Shown in pieces: positions 1 through 10,580 of a stretch of 52,417 bases of DNA (positions are counted from its first letter, which is position 1; every line of letters starts with the position of its first letter). Under the pieces are notes generated by a model that was not told the origin of the DNA, searched no databases, and worked only from the letters and a program-made list of their open reading frames with translations. The stretch spans positions 1-52,417 of the forward strand of contig JARBUB010000002.1 in assembly GCA_029239905.1 (NCBI GenBank). Reading direction: 5' to 3'. The DNA comes from Clostridia bacterium. Its GTDB lineage: Bacteria; Bacillota; Clostridia; Lutisporales; Lutisporaceae. The position numbers and the translations under genes were made by a program.

Positions 1-1013
<1,013 letters not shown>

Positions 1014-2435
1014 TTATTTCTTCTTTGAAACAATATCTCTTGCAACAACGATTCCTGTTACAGATGCCTGCATTAGTCCTCTGGTAATCCCAGCACCATC
1101 TCCTATGGCATATAAGTTGCTAACTTTTGTTTCAAATTGATTGCTTACTTGTATTTTGCTTGAATAAAACTTACATTCAACACCATATAACAAGGTGTTT
1201 TTCGAGTACAGCCCTGGTGCAATCTTATCAAATGCCTTCAATGCTTCTACTATAGAGGTCAAATATCTATTTGGCAATACATAGCTTAAATCTCCTGGTA
1301 CCGCACCTTTCAATGTTGGGATCGTTGTAGATTTTCTTAATCTATCTTTGTCAGTTCTTCTTCCCTGTAAAAGATCCCCTAATCTTTGAACCATTATGCC
1401 GCCGCCAGTAAGCATATTTGCCAGTCTTCCTACATACTTGCCATATTCAATAGGTTCATTGAAAGGCTCAGTAAATTTAGTTGAAACTAACATTGCAAAG
1501 TTTGTGTTTTCGGTTTTCAAATTATCCTCTGCATAGCTATGGCCGTTTACCATAGTTATACCGCCTTCGTAGCCTTCCTGTGAAACAACTCCACCAGGAT
1601 TCATACAAAAGGTTCTTACCTTATTGTCAAACGTATCAGAGTAATAAACAAGCTTTGCTTCATATAACTCCTTTGTTAAATGATCCATTATGCTGTTGGG
1701 TACCTCAACTCTAACGCCAATATCTACAGCATTGTTTGTATTTGGTATATTCAGCTTTCTAGCCTGATCTGAAAGCCATTCTGCACCGCCTCTGCCTGGC
1801 GCTGCGATTACGTAATCAGCTGTCACTCTATATGTTTCTTTATTCTTTATCATATCAATGCCTACTACCTTATTATCTTCAACTATTATCTCAGATACAT
1901 TCGTAAGCTCTGAAAAATCTGTCTTTGTTTTCTCTACAAGCTGCTTATACATTCCTTCCAATACAAAGAATGCCTTCTCTGTGCCCAAATGTCTTACAGG
2001 ACATGGTATAAGTCTTATATTATGTTTAGAAGCTTCATACTTAATATCGCTAACTACTTTATTATTTAAGCCGTGCACTTCTTGCTGTGCTCCAAAGCCT
2101 AAATAGATGGTGTCTGCATAATTAATAAGTGTTTGGGCCTCATCTTCGCTCATGTACTCCGTAATATTCCCGCCAACCTCTGGACTTAGGGATAACTTCC
2201 CATCACTAAATGCACCTGCTCCAGCCCATCCAAAAGTAATGCCGCATGGCTCGCAGCCAATACATTTATTTAATGTTCTAGCGGGACAAGTTCTGCTAGT
2301 AATTGATTTACCTTTATCTACAATTAGAATTTCTAAATTCTCATTATGTCTTGTAAGCTCCAGTGCTGTAAAGATTCCTGCCGGACCTGCTCCAATAATT
2401 ATTGCATCATAATGGCTCTTAATTGGTCTCGTCAT
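1014..2435 (-). CDS. FAD-dependent oxidoreductase (NAD(FAD)-utilizing dehydrogenase family)
   Basis: Rossmann dinucleotide motif YDAIIIGAGPAGIF near the N-terminus, plus a C-terminal IGDGAG motif. I chose the internal ATG (MTRPIKSHYD...) preceded by AGGTGA rather than the track start at 2510. Confidence 0.75.
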   Translation of the reverse strand: MTRPIKSHYDAIIIGAGPAGIFTALELTRHNENLEILIVDKGKSITSRTCPARTLNKCIGCEPCGITFGWAGAGAFSDGKLSLSPEVGGNITEYMSEDEAQTLINYADTIYLGFGAQQEVHGLNNKVVSDIKYEASKHNIRLIPCPVRHLGTEKAFFVLEGMYKQLVEKTKTDFSELTNVSEIIVEDNKVVGIDMIKNKETYRVTADYVIAAPGRGGAEWLSDQARKLNIPNTNNAVDIGVRVEVPNSIMDHLTKELYEAKLVYYSDTFDNKVRTFCMNPGGVVSQEGYEGGITMVNGHSYAEDNLKTENTNFAMLVSTKFTEPFNEPIEYGKYVGRLANMLTGGGIMVQRLGDLLQGRRTDKDRLRKSTTIPTLKGAVPGDLSYVLPNRYLTSIVEALKAFDKIAPGLYSKNTLLYGVECKFYSSKIQVSNQFETKVSNLYAIGDGAGITRGLMQASVTGIVVARDIVSKKK

Positions 2436-2524
2436 CAATTTCACCTGCTTTATATATACTAAGGCTATCAACCCCTCAATAATATTACCAGAATACAATA
2501 TCATAGTCAATCAAATGTCGAATT

Positions 2525-2553
2525 ATTATCAATACTTATGCGTTATAATTCAA
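2525..2553 (-). promoter_or_regulatory. predicted sigma-A promoter for the oxidoreductase-purA unit (TTGAAT-17-GATAAT)
   Basis: The reverse complement of 2525-2553 reads TTGAAT, a 17 nt spacer, then GATAAT. It lies about 90 nt upstream of the ATG at 2435. Confidence 0.4.
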
Positions 2554-2776
2554 ACATGGTCGAATTATAACTTCCAATATTCATTTATATTTCACGTCAG
2601 CATCATTATTATTCATATTATATGTAATTAATGAATTGCTAATCTTGAAATAATCATTTCTATATGTTTATATGTTGTGAAAAATACATCTTTGATAATA
2701 TAAAATCAGATGCATCTACTGATTTTGTACCTGTTAAAATTTTTGCAACATTTCTATATGTTTGATTACATAAGCC

Positions 2777-2939
2777 AAATCCACATTATACACATTATCC
2801 ACAGAGATATGCACATATGTTCGTTAACTAGGTTCAAATTTAATGGTTTCAACGTGTCGAAATATGTTTATCAACAGCATTTTATAGGTTATGTATACTT
2901 ATTAACAAAATATATCCACATTCTATTAAGTTATCCACA
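2777..2939 (+). promoter_or_regulatory. cluster of co-oriented DnaA boxes outside oriC
   Basis: Plus-strand boxes compared with TTATCCACA. AAATCCACA 2777-2785, TTATACACA 2786-2794 and TTATCCACA 2795-2803 (perfect) abut one another. The others are TTATCAACA 2868-2876, ATATCCACA 2912-2920 and TTATCCACA 2931-2939 (perfect). Confidence 0.6.
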
Positions 2940-3086
2940 GACTTAAATTTTATTTTTTTCTTAAAATGCGCGATATTTTATTAAAAAATTAAAGATTCGC
3001 TATGAATTTAGCCCATAATATTCTATTTTCTTTATAAGAATTTCTTTAAATCGCTTTATATCTAACTGTTATGTAAATATACACAT

Positions 3087-3113
3087 TAAAAAAGGAGGAC
3101 ACCCAGTCCCCCT
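3087..3113 (-). terminator. rho-independent terminator after dnaB
   Basis: On the minus strand, GGGGGAC-TGGGT-GTCCTCC is followed by TTTTTT immediately after the helicase stop codon. Confidence 0.5.
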
Positions 3114-3117
3114 TCTA

Positions 3118-4452
3118 CTATGCATAAGTTTTTTCTTTGTTTGCAAACTTTGTAAACTGTCCCAGCCATACAAGCTCTACGGTTCCGGTCGGACCATTTC
3201 TTTGCTTTGATATGATTACTTCACCGATGTTCTTCTTCTCTGTATCCGGATGGTAGTACTCATCTCGATACAAGAACATAATAACGTCTGCATCCTGCTC
3301 AATAGCTCCAGACTCTCTTAAGTCTGACATGATAGGATGGTGATCTGCTCTCATTTCTGGCGCACGGGATAGCTGTGCACAGGCTACTATAGGAATTCCC
3401 AACTCCTTAGCCAAGCCTTTTAAAGACCTGGATATATCAGAAATTTCCTGTTGCCTGCTATCATACTTGCCGCTTCCTGACATCAGCTGCAAATAGTCAA
3501 TAAGTACCAATCCCAAGTTATGCTCTATTTTCAACTTTCTACATTTTGCTCTCATTTCCGACATTGAAATTGCCGGAGTATCATCTACATATATCGGAGC
3601 TTCTGATAAGGGACCCATTGCCCTCGCAAGCTTTATCCACTCATCTTCTGTTATATCCCCGGTCCTTAGTCTATGAGAGTCTATTAAAGCTTCAGCACAT
3701 AAAATTCTTTGTGTCAGCTGCTCCTTAGACATTTCCAAACTGAATATAGCCGTAGCAACCTTGTCCCTTATTCCAGCCTGCTGCACCATATTCAAGATAA
3801 ATGAGGTTTTCCCCATAGAAGGTCTGGCTGCAACCAGCACCAAGTCTGCTTTTTGCAGACCGGATAACATCTCATCCAGATCATCAAAGCCTGTGGATAC
3901 CCCTGTTATCTTCCCCTTATTTAGATATAATTCTTCAATTTTGTCGAAATTGGTGTTTAATATCTTCTTTATGTGAACAAAGCCCTGGGAGGATCTGTTT
4001 AAAGAAATATCAAAAATACTCTTTTCAGCCATATCTAATACACTTACGACTTCTTCCCTGGCTTCATAGCTTTTCCCCATTATTTCGTTTGAAGCTTTAA
4101 TAAGTTTCCTAAGTAAAGACTTTTCTTCAATAATCTTTGCGTAATGGCCCACATTATGGGTGCTAGGCACGATACTCATAAGATTGGTGAGGTAGGTGAT
4201 ACCTCCTACTGCCTCAAGAGTATTTCTTACCTTAAGCTTTTCAGGCAGTGTAATTAAGTCCACTGGCTGTCCCTTATCAAAAATATCAACAATAGCATCA
4301 AAGATTTCTTTGTGGGCTTCCCTGTAGAAGTCCTCCCCTGAAATAAATTCTGTGGCTACCGAAACAGCCTCTTTGTCTAAGAGCATTGCTCCCAACACTG
4401 ACTGCTCTGCCTCCATACTGTTAGGCGGTATCTTCTGCAATCCTTCCATCAT
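3118..4452 (-). CDS. dnaB: replicative DNA helicase (DnaB family; B. subtilis DnaC orthologue)
   Basis: N-terminal PPNSMEAEQSVLG motif, Walker A ARPSMGKTSF, and RecA-like C-terminal domain (LVLIDYLQLM, ISKQRNGPTG). The track start at 4470 is a TTG. The ATG at 4452 follows the purine-rich tract AGGGAGAGTGAGGAA. Confidence 0.93.
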   Translation of the reverse strand: MMEGLQKIPPNSMEAEQSVLGAMLLDKEAVSVATEFISGEDFYREAHKEIFDAIVDIFDKGQPVDLITLPEKLKVRNTLEAVGGITYLTNLMSIVPSTHNVGHYAKIIEEKSLLRKLIKASNEIMGKSYEAREEVVSVLDMAEKSIFDISLNRSSQGFVHIKKILNTNFDKIEELYLNKGKITGVSTGFDDLDEMLSGLQKADLVLVAARPSMGKTSFILNMVQQAGIRDKVATAIFSLEMSKEQLTQRILCAEALIDSHRLRTGDITEDEWIKLARAMGPLSEAPIYVDDTPAISMSEMRAKCRKLKIEHNLGLVLIDYLQLMSGSGKYDSRQQEISDISRSLKGLAKELGIPIVACAQLSRAPEMRADHHPIMSDLRESGAIEQDADVIMFLYRDEYYHPDTEKKNIGEVIISKQRNGPTGTVELVWLGQFTKFANKEKTYA

Positions 4453-4535
4453 TTCCTCACTCTCCCTCAATACACTGCCTATAGGTTTGAACTGAGAATC
4501 CTACATTAAATACACATCGTACAAAATGTTTCTCT

Positions 4536-6365
4536 CTATTCAAAAATAAAATTCAATACCTCTTGAATATTGCCTGCAGCTATTATGTTTATACCTTCTA
4601 TCCCCATTGTTTCTGCGTTATTCTCCGCGGGAACAATTACATGCTTAAAGCCATGACGCTTCGCGGCAAGAATCTTTTCTCTTACGCCGCCAACTGCCTT
4701 TATATCGCCTCTAATCGAAATTTCACCTGTTATGCAAGTATCCATCCTTGCAGGCATATTCATTAACGCAGAATATAGCAAACAAGTTATAGCCGCACCT
4801 GCTGAAGGACCATCAACCTTTCCTCCACCCACACAGTTTACATGGATATCATATTTATCAATATTTCGGCCTGTTTGCTTTCTGATTACAGAAAGTGCAT
4901 TAAACAAGGAGTCCTTCGTCATGCTTCCAGCTGTTTCGTTGAAACGCACCTTGCCACCTTCATCTTCTCGCTCAAAGCATACAGCTTCTAATTCAATTAC
5001 ACTTCCCAAAAAACCATTTACTCCCAAGCCATTGATTTTGCCAATCTCACTAACATGACTGCTTTTGTTTTTGTTTACTGCTAGCAATCGTCCTGCTGAC
5101 ACGACTTCTTTAATGATTTCTTCGTTTATTTCAATGTTTGTGCTTGTCCCAAATTTGGTTACAGCATTGCTATAGCAATCTGCCAAAATATTGACTGCTT
5201 TTCTGGCTTCATAGGTATAGCTGCTTATACAAGCTGCATTTTCACAATTTATATTTACATTAAGCTTTTCAGCACAATTTTTTACAATCTCAGTTATATC
5301 TGTACTGTCTAAGGGATTAAAATAAATCTCCGCACATCTAGAACGCAACGCAGGGTTTATTTCCTCAGGCAATCTTGTTGTCGCTCCAATGAGTACAAAG
5401 TCCGCTGGTGCGCCCTCTTCAAACAGCCTCTTAATATATAAAGGGACATTCTCATTATTTATATCGTAATATGAAGAATCAAAGTTTACCTTTTTATCCT
5501 CTAAGACCTTAAGAAGCTTATTCTGGAACATAATGTCCAGTTCTCCTATTTCATCAATAAAGAGCACTCCGCCATGAGCCTCAGTAACCAATCCTGGCTT
5601 AGGCTCCGGTACTCCTAGCTCAGCTAGTTCCTTCTTTGCACCTTGATATATTGGATCATGGACTGAGCCCAAAAGAGGGTTTACAGCTTCCCTTGGATCC
5701 CATCTTAAAGTAGTTGCATCTACTTCAACAAATTTTGCGTCTGTCGCAAAGGGTGTAAAAGCTTTTGTTTTGGCAATTTCAAGTGCAATTCTTGCTGCTG
5801 TGGTTTTCCCTACCCCGGGAGGCCCATATAATATAACATGCTGCGGAAAGGGAGAAGCAATCTTTGATATCAAGGAGGTTATTGCATCCTGCTGCCCTAT
5901 TATTTCGCTTTGCTTTTTGGGTCTCAACACATCAAGTATTGATTTGGAAAGCTTTACATACTTCATTTTCTCCAATTCAGCAAACTTCTTGAGAGTTGAT
6001 GCATTTTCTATACCTGTATGTTTTTTGATTACTCGAAGCTTCATTTCCTCCAGGTATTCCTTTTCTCTGCTTTGCATAAGCTGAATTACTTCTTTTTTGA
6101 TGCCTTCTTCTATATATTTTCTAGCTGCTGCATCAGATAGCTTTTCTCTCATTCTTTCCAACCTTTCATCCATTTTGGATTCTTCCAGCTGGCTTGTGCT
6201 ACCCTTCCCGAAAATTATATCATGAAGCACCTTAATCTTCTGATTTTCGTCTTCTATACTGTCCAAAGCCTTTGTGATGTCCTTCGGATAAAGTTTTTTT
6301 GTGTAATCAACTAATACGTCAACTGTCAGATTGTTGCTGTGAATAGAGCTGCGATCCTGACCCAA
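4536..6365 (-). CDS. Lon-family ATP-dependent protease, sporulation-associated LonB/LonC type
   Basis: AAA+ Walker A GPPGVGKTT and a Lon protease domain with catalytic-serine context DGPSAGAA. It lies between rplI and dnaB, as in other clostridia. TTG start with SD AAAGGGGA. Confidence 0.8.
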   Translation of the reverse strand: MGQDRSSIHSNNLTVDVLVDYTKKLYPKDITKALDSIEDENQKIKVLHDIIFGKGSTSQLEESKMDERLERMREKLSDAAARKYIEEGIKKEVIQLMQSREKEYLEEMKLRVIKKHTGIENASTLKKFAELEKMKYVKLSKSILDVLRPKKQSEIIGQQDAITSLISKIASPFPQHVILYGPPGVGKTTAARIALEIAKTKAFTPFATDAKFVEVDATTLRWDPREAVNPLLGSVHDPIYQGAKKELAELGVPEPKPGLVTEAHGGVLFIDEIGELDIMFQNKLLKVLEDKKVNFDSSYYDINNENVPLYIKRLFEEGAPADFVLIGATTRLPEEINPALRSRCAEIYFNPLDSTDITEIVKNCAEKLNVNINCENAACISSYTYEARKAVNILADCYSNAVTKFGTSTNIEINEEIIKEVVSAGRLLAVNKNKSSHVSEIGKINGLGVNGFLGSVIELEAVCFEREDEGGKVRFNETAGSMTKDSLFNALSVIRKQTGRNIDKYDIHVNCVGGGKVDGPSAGAAITCLLYSALMNMPARMDTCITGEISIRGDIKAVGGVREKILAAKRHGFKHVIVPAENNAETMGIEGINIIAAGNIQEVLNFIFE

Positions 6366-6435
6366 TTTGTTTCCCCTTTCTAATTATAAGCCTAGTAATT
6401 TTTCATTTACTATATTATGAAGCACCTTACTTGAT

Positions 6436-6882
6436 TTATATAGCTGATACATTAATCTTTATCTTTGCTGAAATTTCAGGATAAACCTTTATCTCTGCTT
6501 GATATGTACCTACTGTCTTTATTGCATCATTTAAAACAATTTTCTTTTTGTCTATCTCTATTTTATGCTGTGACTTAATGATTTCTGCGATGTCCTTGTT
6601 TGTGATTGAACCAAAAAGCTTACCATTATCTCCGGTTTTAGCCTTTATACTAACTTCAATTTTATTTATCTTTTCCGCAAGGTCCTTTGCAGCCTGTACT
6701 TCTTTATTCTTCTTATTGATTACAGAGTTATTCTTATCTGCAATAGTTTTTAGACCTCCCTCAGAGGCTTCAATAGCCGCCTTTCTTGGAAATAGAAAGT
6801 TTCTTGCATACCCATCACTTACATTAACAACTGAATCCTTCTTTCCTAAGTCTTTCACATCTTGTAACAAAATTACTTTCAT
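6436..6882 (-). CDS. rplI: 50S ribosomal protein L9
   Basis: MKVILLQDVKDLGKKDSVVNVSDGYARNFLFPRK is the typical L9 N-terminus. Synteny gdpP-rplI-dnaB. Confidence 0.95.
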   Translation of the reverse strand: MKVILLQDVKDLGKKDSVVNVSDGYARNFLFPRKAAIEASEGGLKTIADKNNSVINKKNKEVQAAKDLAEKINKIEVSIKAKTGDNGKLFGSITNKDIAEIIKSQHKIEIDKKKIVLNDAIKTVGTYQAEIKVYPEISAKIKINVSAI

Positions 6883-8880
6883 TTATCTTTCACCTTCCTT
6901 TAAATATTCCTCAATAGCAGCTTTTATTTTGATAATTCCATCCTTTATTGATATACCGGGCAGCTGTGCACCGGCTACAGTCAAATGACCTCCGCCTCCC
7001 AGCTTTTCTAAAACCACCTGCACGTTTATGTCTCCAAGTGATCTTCCGCTGATAAATACATCTCCACTTATCTGAGAAAGTACAAAGGATGCATTTATAC
7101 CCTTGATATTCAATAGTTCATCTGCCGCTTGTGCTGCAACAAGCGCATGGTATTTGGCTTCTTGTGGTATCGTTGATATTGCTATGTTATTCTTGAACAT
7201 CGTTGCATTCTTAACCACCTCTGCACGAGTCAGGAAAGTCTCCATATCATCTTGAAACAGCTGTCTCGTCAAGGTTGTATCCGCGCCTACCCTGCGTAGG
7301 AAGGATGCCGCTTCAAAGGTTCTTACTCCTGTTTGGAAGGAGAAATTCTTGGTATCTATAAAAATTCCTGCCAACAAGGCCTCTGCTTCAATTTGCTTTA
7401 TCTTAGATTTTTCAAACATATACTGAAGTATCTCTGTCACTAGCTCACTGGTAGAGGAAGCATAAGGCTCAATATAAGCTATGACTGCATTTTCAATGAA
7501 CTCTGTGCCTCTTCTATGATGATCTATTATAACTACCTTCTCTGTCTTTTCAAGCAGCTGTCTGCATTCTGTAAAGCCTGGTCTAGAAACATCAACGACC
7601 ACTATCAAAGTGTTCTTTGTACAGCTTAGTATTGCGTCTTGAGATCCGATGAAGGCCTCATTGTATTCTTCATCTTCTTCCAGTTCATTCCACAGATTTG
7701 CAATTGCAGCATTTACTTTGTTTATTACAATCTTTACATCTTTATTTAAATTCTTACAGCATCTATAAATACCTAGGGCAGAGCCAAGGCAATCCAAGTC
7801 TGGCATTTCATGTCCCAGTATAATAACATTCTCTGATTGCTCAATCAGCTGCTTTAGGGCATAGGCAATTACTCTCGCCTTTACTCTTGTACGCTTTTCT
7901 ACAGCCTTTGTTTTCCCACCATAGAAGGATAGCTTGTCGTTGTCCTTGACAACAGCTTGGTCCCCACCGCGGCCTAGGGCTATGTCCAGTGCACTGAGAC
8001 TGAATTTCTGTAGCTCAGCTATGCTTTTACCATTTACCCCTACACCGATGCTTATCGTTATAGGTATCCTATTTCCTGAATTTATCTCTCGAATGGAGTC
8101 CAATATGTCAAATCTCTTTTCCTCCATCTCCATAAGCTGTTGGTAAGTAAAATGCAGTATATATTCTCCGTTGGAATATTTCTGTATAGAAGCATAGTTC
8201 GTAGAAGCCCAAGCTTTGATTCTTCTATCTATTTCTGCAATAACAGTGGGCTTTGCCAGCTCATCGATATCCTTCAAAACCTCTTCATAATTATCTACCT
8301 GTAGTAAGGAAACCACAGATCTTTCTTCATAATATTTGTTTCTGACAGCAATAAAGTCCGTTTTTTCAACTAAATACATTATTATGATATTTCTTTCTGT
8401 ACTGCTTTCCTTCAAGTTAATCAAATTGCAGTGCACGTCATAATACCTGTCTTTGATGTTGATATTTTTAAATTCCTCTGTACCGCTTTTTAATACTCTT
8501 CCTAGATCAACACCAGTCAGATAGCTTGAAAGTCTCTTATCTAATATGTATTCTCCCTGAAATATATTTGCAAACAATGCGTTATACCAATTAATAAAGC
8601 CCTCTTCATCAACTATAACAAGAGGAAACGGAAGATTTAATACAGCGTTTTTTGTAGCAATATCAACACTTTCAGAAAGATTCTCTATATAAAGTCTGAG
8701 CTCCTCCTTCTTCCTTGTAGCTGTTCTCATGTTGTGTACAACCAAATACACAAGCACAAGCGCGCCTGCTATACCCAATCTATAATCGAAAATACCTATT
8801 ATTAAAACTGAAATCGCTATTATCCAAAGATAAAGATTTGTATCTTTGGATATGGCTACGGAAAACTTCCTTAGCTTCAT
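6883..8880 (-). CDS. gdpP: cyclic-di-AMP phosphodiesterase GdpP (DHH/DHHA1 family, YybT-like)
   Basis: Two N-terminal TM helices and a central PAS/degenerate GGDEF-like region. DHH motif VIIDHHRR and DHHA1 GGGGH motif. Conserved yybS-gdpP-rplI order. ATGA overlap with yybS. Confidence 0.85.
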   Translation of the reverse strand: MKLRKFSVAISKDTNLYLWIIAISVLIIGIFDYRLGIAGALVLVYLVVHNMRTATRKKEELRLYIENLSESVDIATKNAVLNLPFPLVIVDEEGFINWYNALFANIFQGEYILDKRLSSYLTGVDLGRVLKSGTEEFKNINIKDRYYDVHCNLINLKESSTERNIIIMYLVEKTDFIAVRNKYYEERSVVSLLQVDNYEEVLKDIDELAKPTVIAEIDRRIKAWASTNYASIQKYSNGEYILHFTYQQLMEMEEKRFDILDSIREINSGNRIPITISIGVGVNGKSIAELQKFSLSALDIALGRGGDQAVVKDNDKLSFYGGKTKAVEKRTRVKARVIAYALKQLIEQSENVIILGHEMPDLDCLGSALGIYRCCKNLNKDVKIVINKVNAAIANLWNELEEDEEYNEAFIGSQDAILSCTKNTLIVVVDVSRPGFTECRQLLEKTEKVVIIDHHRRGTEFIENAVIAYIEPYASSTSELVTEILQYMFEKSKIKQIEAEALLAGIFIDTKNFSFQTGVRTFEAASFLRRVGADTTLTRQLFQDDMETFLTRAEVVKNATMFKNNIAISTIPQEAKYHALVAAQAADELLNIKGINASFVLSQISGDVFISGRSLGDINVQVVLEKLGGGGHLTVAGAQLPGISIKDGIIKIKAAIEEYLKEGER

Positions 8881-9878
8881 CGCGCACCTCCAGGAATATT
8901 TCTGTCCAATCTTCTGACATTAGCTGCAATATCGAACATTCCAATATAAGGAAGTATTGCCAGCAATAATAGGGGTAAACCTATAAGCATCAAAGTTTTG
9001 ACTGGTTTTTGTATTTCATACTTCTCTGAAATTTGTTCTATATAATATACTATGACCGATAAGCCAAATACAGCATAGAACAACATAAGCAGCATATATA
9101 GATTTGTATAGGAGCTGTATAAAAATGGCACCTGCTGAGATGTGACAAGCAATAATATAAAGGTAATGCCTAATATAATATATCTATATTTTGTATCCAC
9201 ACTCCACATTGAAAACCTTTTTACATCCTGAACCTTACTGCCTATTCTATTCAAAATAATCTTCACCATTTTAAAGTTGAAGTAGCTAGTGACTAGTCCT
9301 CCAGCTAGAAGGCTGGAAGGCAGCAATAACTTAAATTGCTTCAGCATCAGATCCAATTTTTGCAGTGCTTCCTTGATGTCAGCCTCACCCATGCCAAATT
9401 TTGTATAAACTTGCGCGGCATCACTAGTCCTACTATAAATCTCACTGAAGTAGCTGTTGATTGAGGCATCAAGATTCTTTATTATATCTATAACGTTTAC
9501 TCCTAGTATAAGTCCCAGGCTTAAGGCAAGCTGCAGCGCCGCAGTTACCGCCAGTAGCGCCCCACATAGTATTAAGGTTATGTTGGGACTAATTTGTTTT
9601 CTCATCATGTAACCCATTACTGCCCCAGGTATTGCATAGGTAGCAAAAAGTATGATCCCGACAATGGGGGTAACTATTAAAGATACCAACACTGCTGCAA
9701 TAAAGGCGGCTATCATGCTTACTTTAAATCCATTCCTATATCCTACTATAATAATAGGGACTGACCAAAACATTGTAATAGCTTGGGCAATTGGAACATT
9801 ATAAAAAATCCCCATTATGGCAGTCAAAGCAGCCAAAACGGCACCTTCCACCATAGCACGAGTACTAATCGTTTTCAT
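8877..9878 (-). CDS. yybS: YybS-family polytopic membrane protein (DUF2232)
   Basis: Highly hydrophobic multi-TM protein immediately upstream of gdpP and translationally coupled to it, as for B. subtilis yybS-yybT. Confidence 0.7.
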   Translation of the reverse strand: MKTISTRAMVEGAVLAALTAIMGIFYNVPIAQAITMFWSVPIIIVGYRNGFKVSMIAAFIAAVLVSLIVTPIVGIILFATYAIPGAVMGYMMRKQISPNITLILCGALLAVTAALQLALSLGLILGVNVIDIIKNLDASINSYFSEIYSRTSDAAQVYTKFGMGEADIKEALQKLDLMLKQFKLLLPSSLLAGGLVTSYFNFKMVKIILNRIGSKVQDVKRFSMWSVDTKYRYIILGITFILLLVTSQQVPFLYSSYTNLYMLLMLFYAVFGLSVIVYYIEQISEKYEIQKPVKTLMLIGLPLLLLAILPYIGMFDIAANVRRLDRNIPGGAR

Positions 9879-9887
9879 TGTCCACCT

Positions 9888-10217
9888 CTACTTTCTGCTC
9901 TTTGTCATGTAGTTTGACAAATCAGAAAGATCTCCATACCACTTTTCAGTTTCATGGTCCTCTATAATTCCTATTCTTATTTTTTCAGTAATTTTAGTAT
10001 CAATTACTGCTGCTGTTATTCCTAGCCTCTTTCCTAATAAGTATGTAACTAGAATTAAGTTTGCCAGTATATCAACAAGAGCCTCCTGCCCTGTTTTGGT
10101 TCCTTTAATCAGGCTCTGATAAAGTGCTGCAACGCCTGCAAGCAACTCGCTTTTCAAAAACTCAATTACTCTGATATTCTTTGTTATATCGGTATCTTGA
10201 TTAAACAATATATCCAC
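9888..10217 (-). CDS. small all-helical protein, possibly MazG-like nucleotide pyrophosphohydrolase family
   Basis: 109-aa ORF co-directional with yybS. Weak recall-based resemblance to MazG-like proteins found at this position in clostridia. The start (GTG 10217 or TTG 10208) is uncertain. Confidence 0.4.
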   Translation of the reverse strand: MDILFNQDTDITKNIRVIEFLKSELLAGVAALYQSLIKGTKTGQEALVDILANLILVTYLLGKRLGITAAVIDTKITEKIRIGIIEDHETEKWYGDLSDLSNYMTKSRK

Positions 10218-10381
10218 CCCCGAATTTTTGTTGTAACTTTATAGTCATGCAATCTAAATAGTTCTTAGGTATAACGTGATACTCCAGGCAGTGTATACCT
10301 AAATTAAATATTATCATACATCTACACATCAATCAACTCATGGCTTTGTGGCTGTTTATGCAGGTTTTTCTTGTATTGTAT

Positions 10382-10415
10382 AAAAAAAGCAAGGGAACGA
10401 AACTTATTCGCTCCC
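10382..10415 (-). terminator. rho-independent terminator ending the ger operon
   Basis: On the minus strand, GGGAGCGAA-TAAGT-TTCGTTCCC (one G-U pair) is followed by a T-rich tail (TTGCTTTTTTT). Confidence 0.5.
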
Positions 10416-10580
10416 AATAACTTTAAATCTAATAAGCAAGGGCAAAGCAATCAGCAATATTGCAACAATGAATGCCATGATTCCGCCAAGCTTGTTTTTA
10501 TCATTTTTATATAACTTCACAGCGTATGTTATTGTGTAATAAAAAATATACACATTAATAGCAACAAACAACCAGCTCAC
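10404..10580 (-). CDS. 58-aa two-TM small membrane protein, translationally coupled to gerC
   Basis: Below the ORF-track size cut-off. Its GTG start overlaps the gerC stop as GTGA. It reads MSWLFVAINVYIFYYTITYAVKLYKNDKNKLGGIMAFIVAILLIALPLLIRFKVIGSE and is followed directly by the terminator. Confidence 0.4.
   Translation of the reverse strand: MSWLFVAINVYIFYYTITYAVKLYKNDKNKLGGIMAFIVAILLIALPLLIRFKVIGSE

Noticed and set aside
2436-2510. N-terminal extensions from the ORF track (also 16006-16080 for rpsF, 41950-41967 for dnaA, 48544-48558 for gyrA, 26557-26592 for aroE and 25463-25495 for aroC)
   Set aside because: The extensions begin at TTG/GTG or unsupported ATG codons without an SD. Internal starts have strong SDs and give canonical family N-termini.
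2710-2946. 78-aa plus-strand ORF across the DnaA-box cluster
   Set aside because: It has no SD. The translation (IHIIHIIH...) is an artefact of the repeated TTATCCACA-type boxes in AT-rich DNA.
6548-6988. 146-aa plus-strand ORF, with many similar track ORFs (for example 103-330, 1858-2106, 4732-5058, 5770-6084, 13736-14080, 31289-31621, 48193-48693 and 50265-50882)
   Set aside because: These are antisense shadow ORFs lying entirely inside well-supported genes. They have low-complexity S/L/F/I-rich translations, no SD, and no family resemblance.
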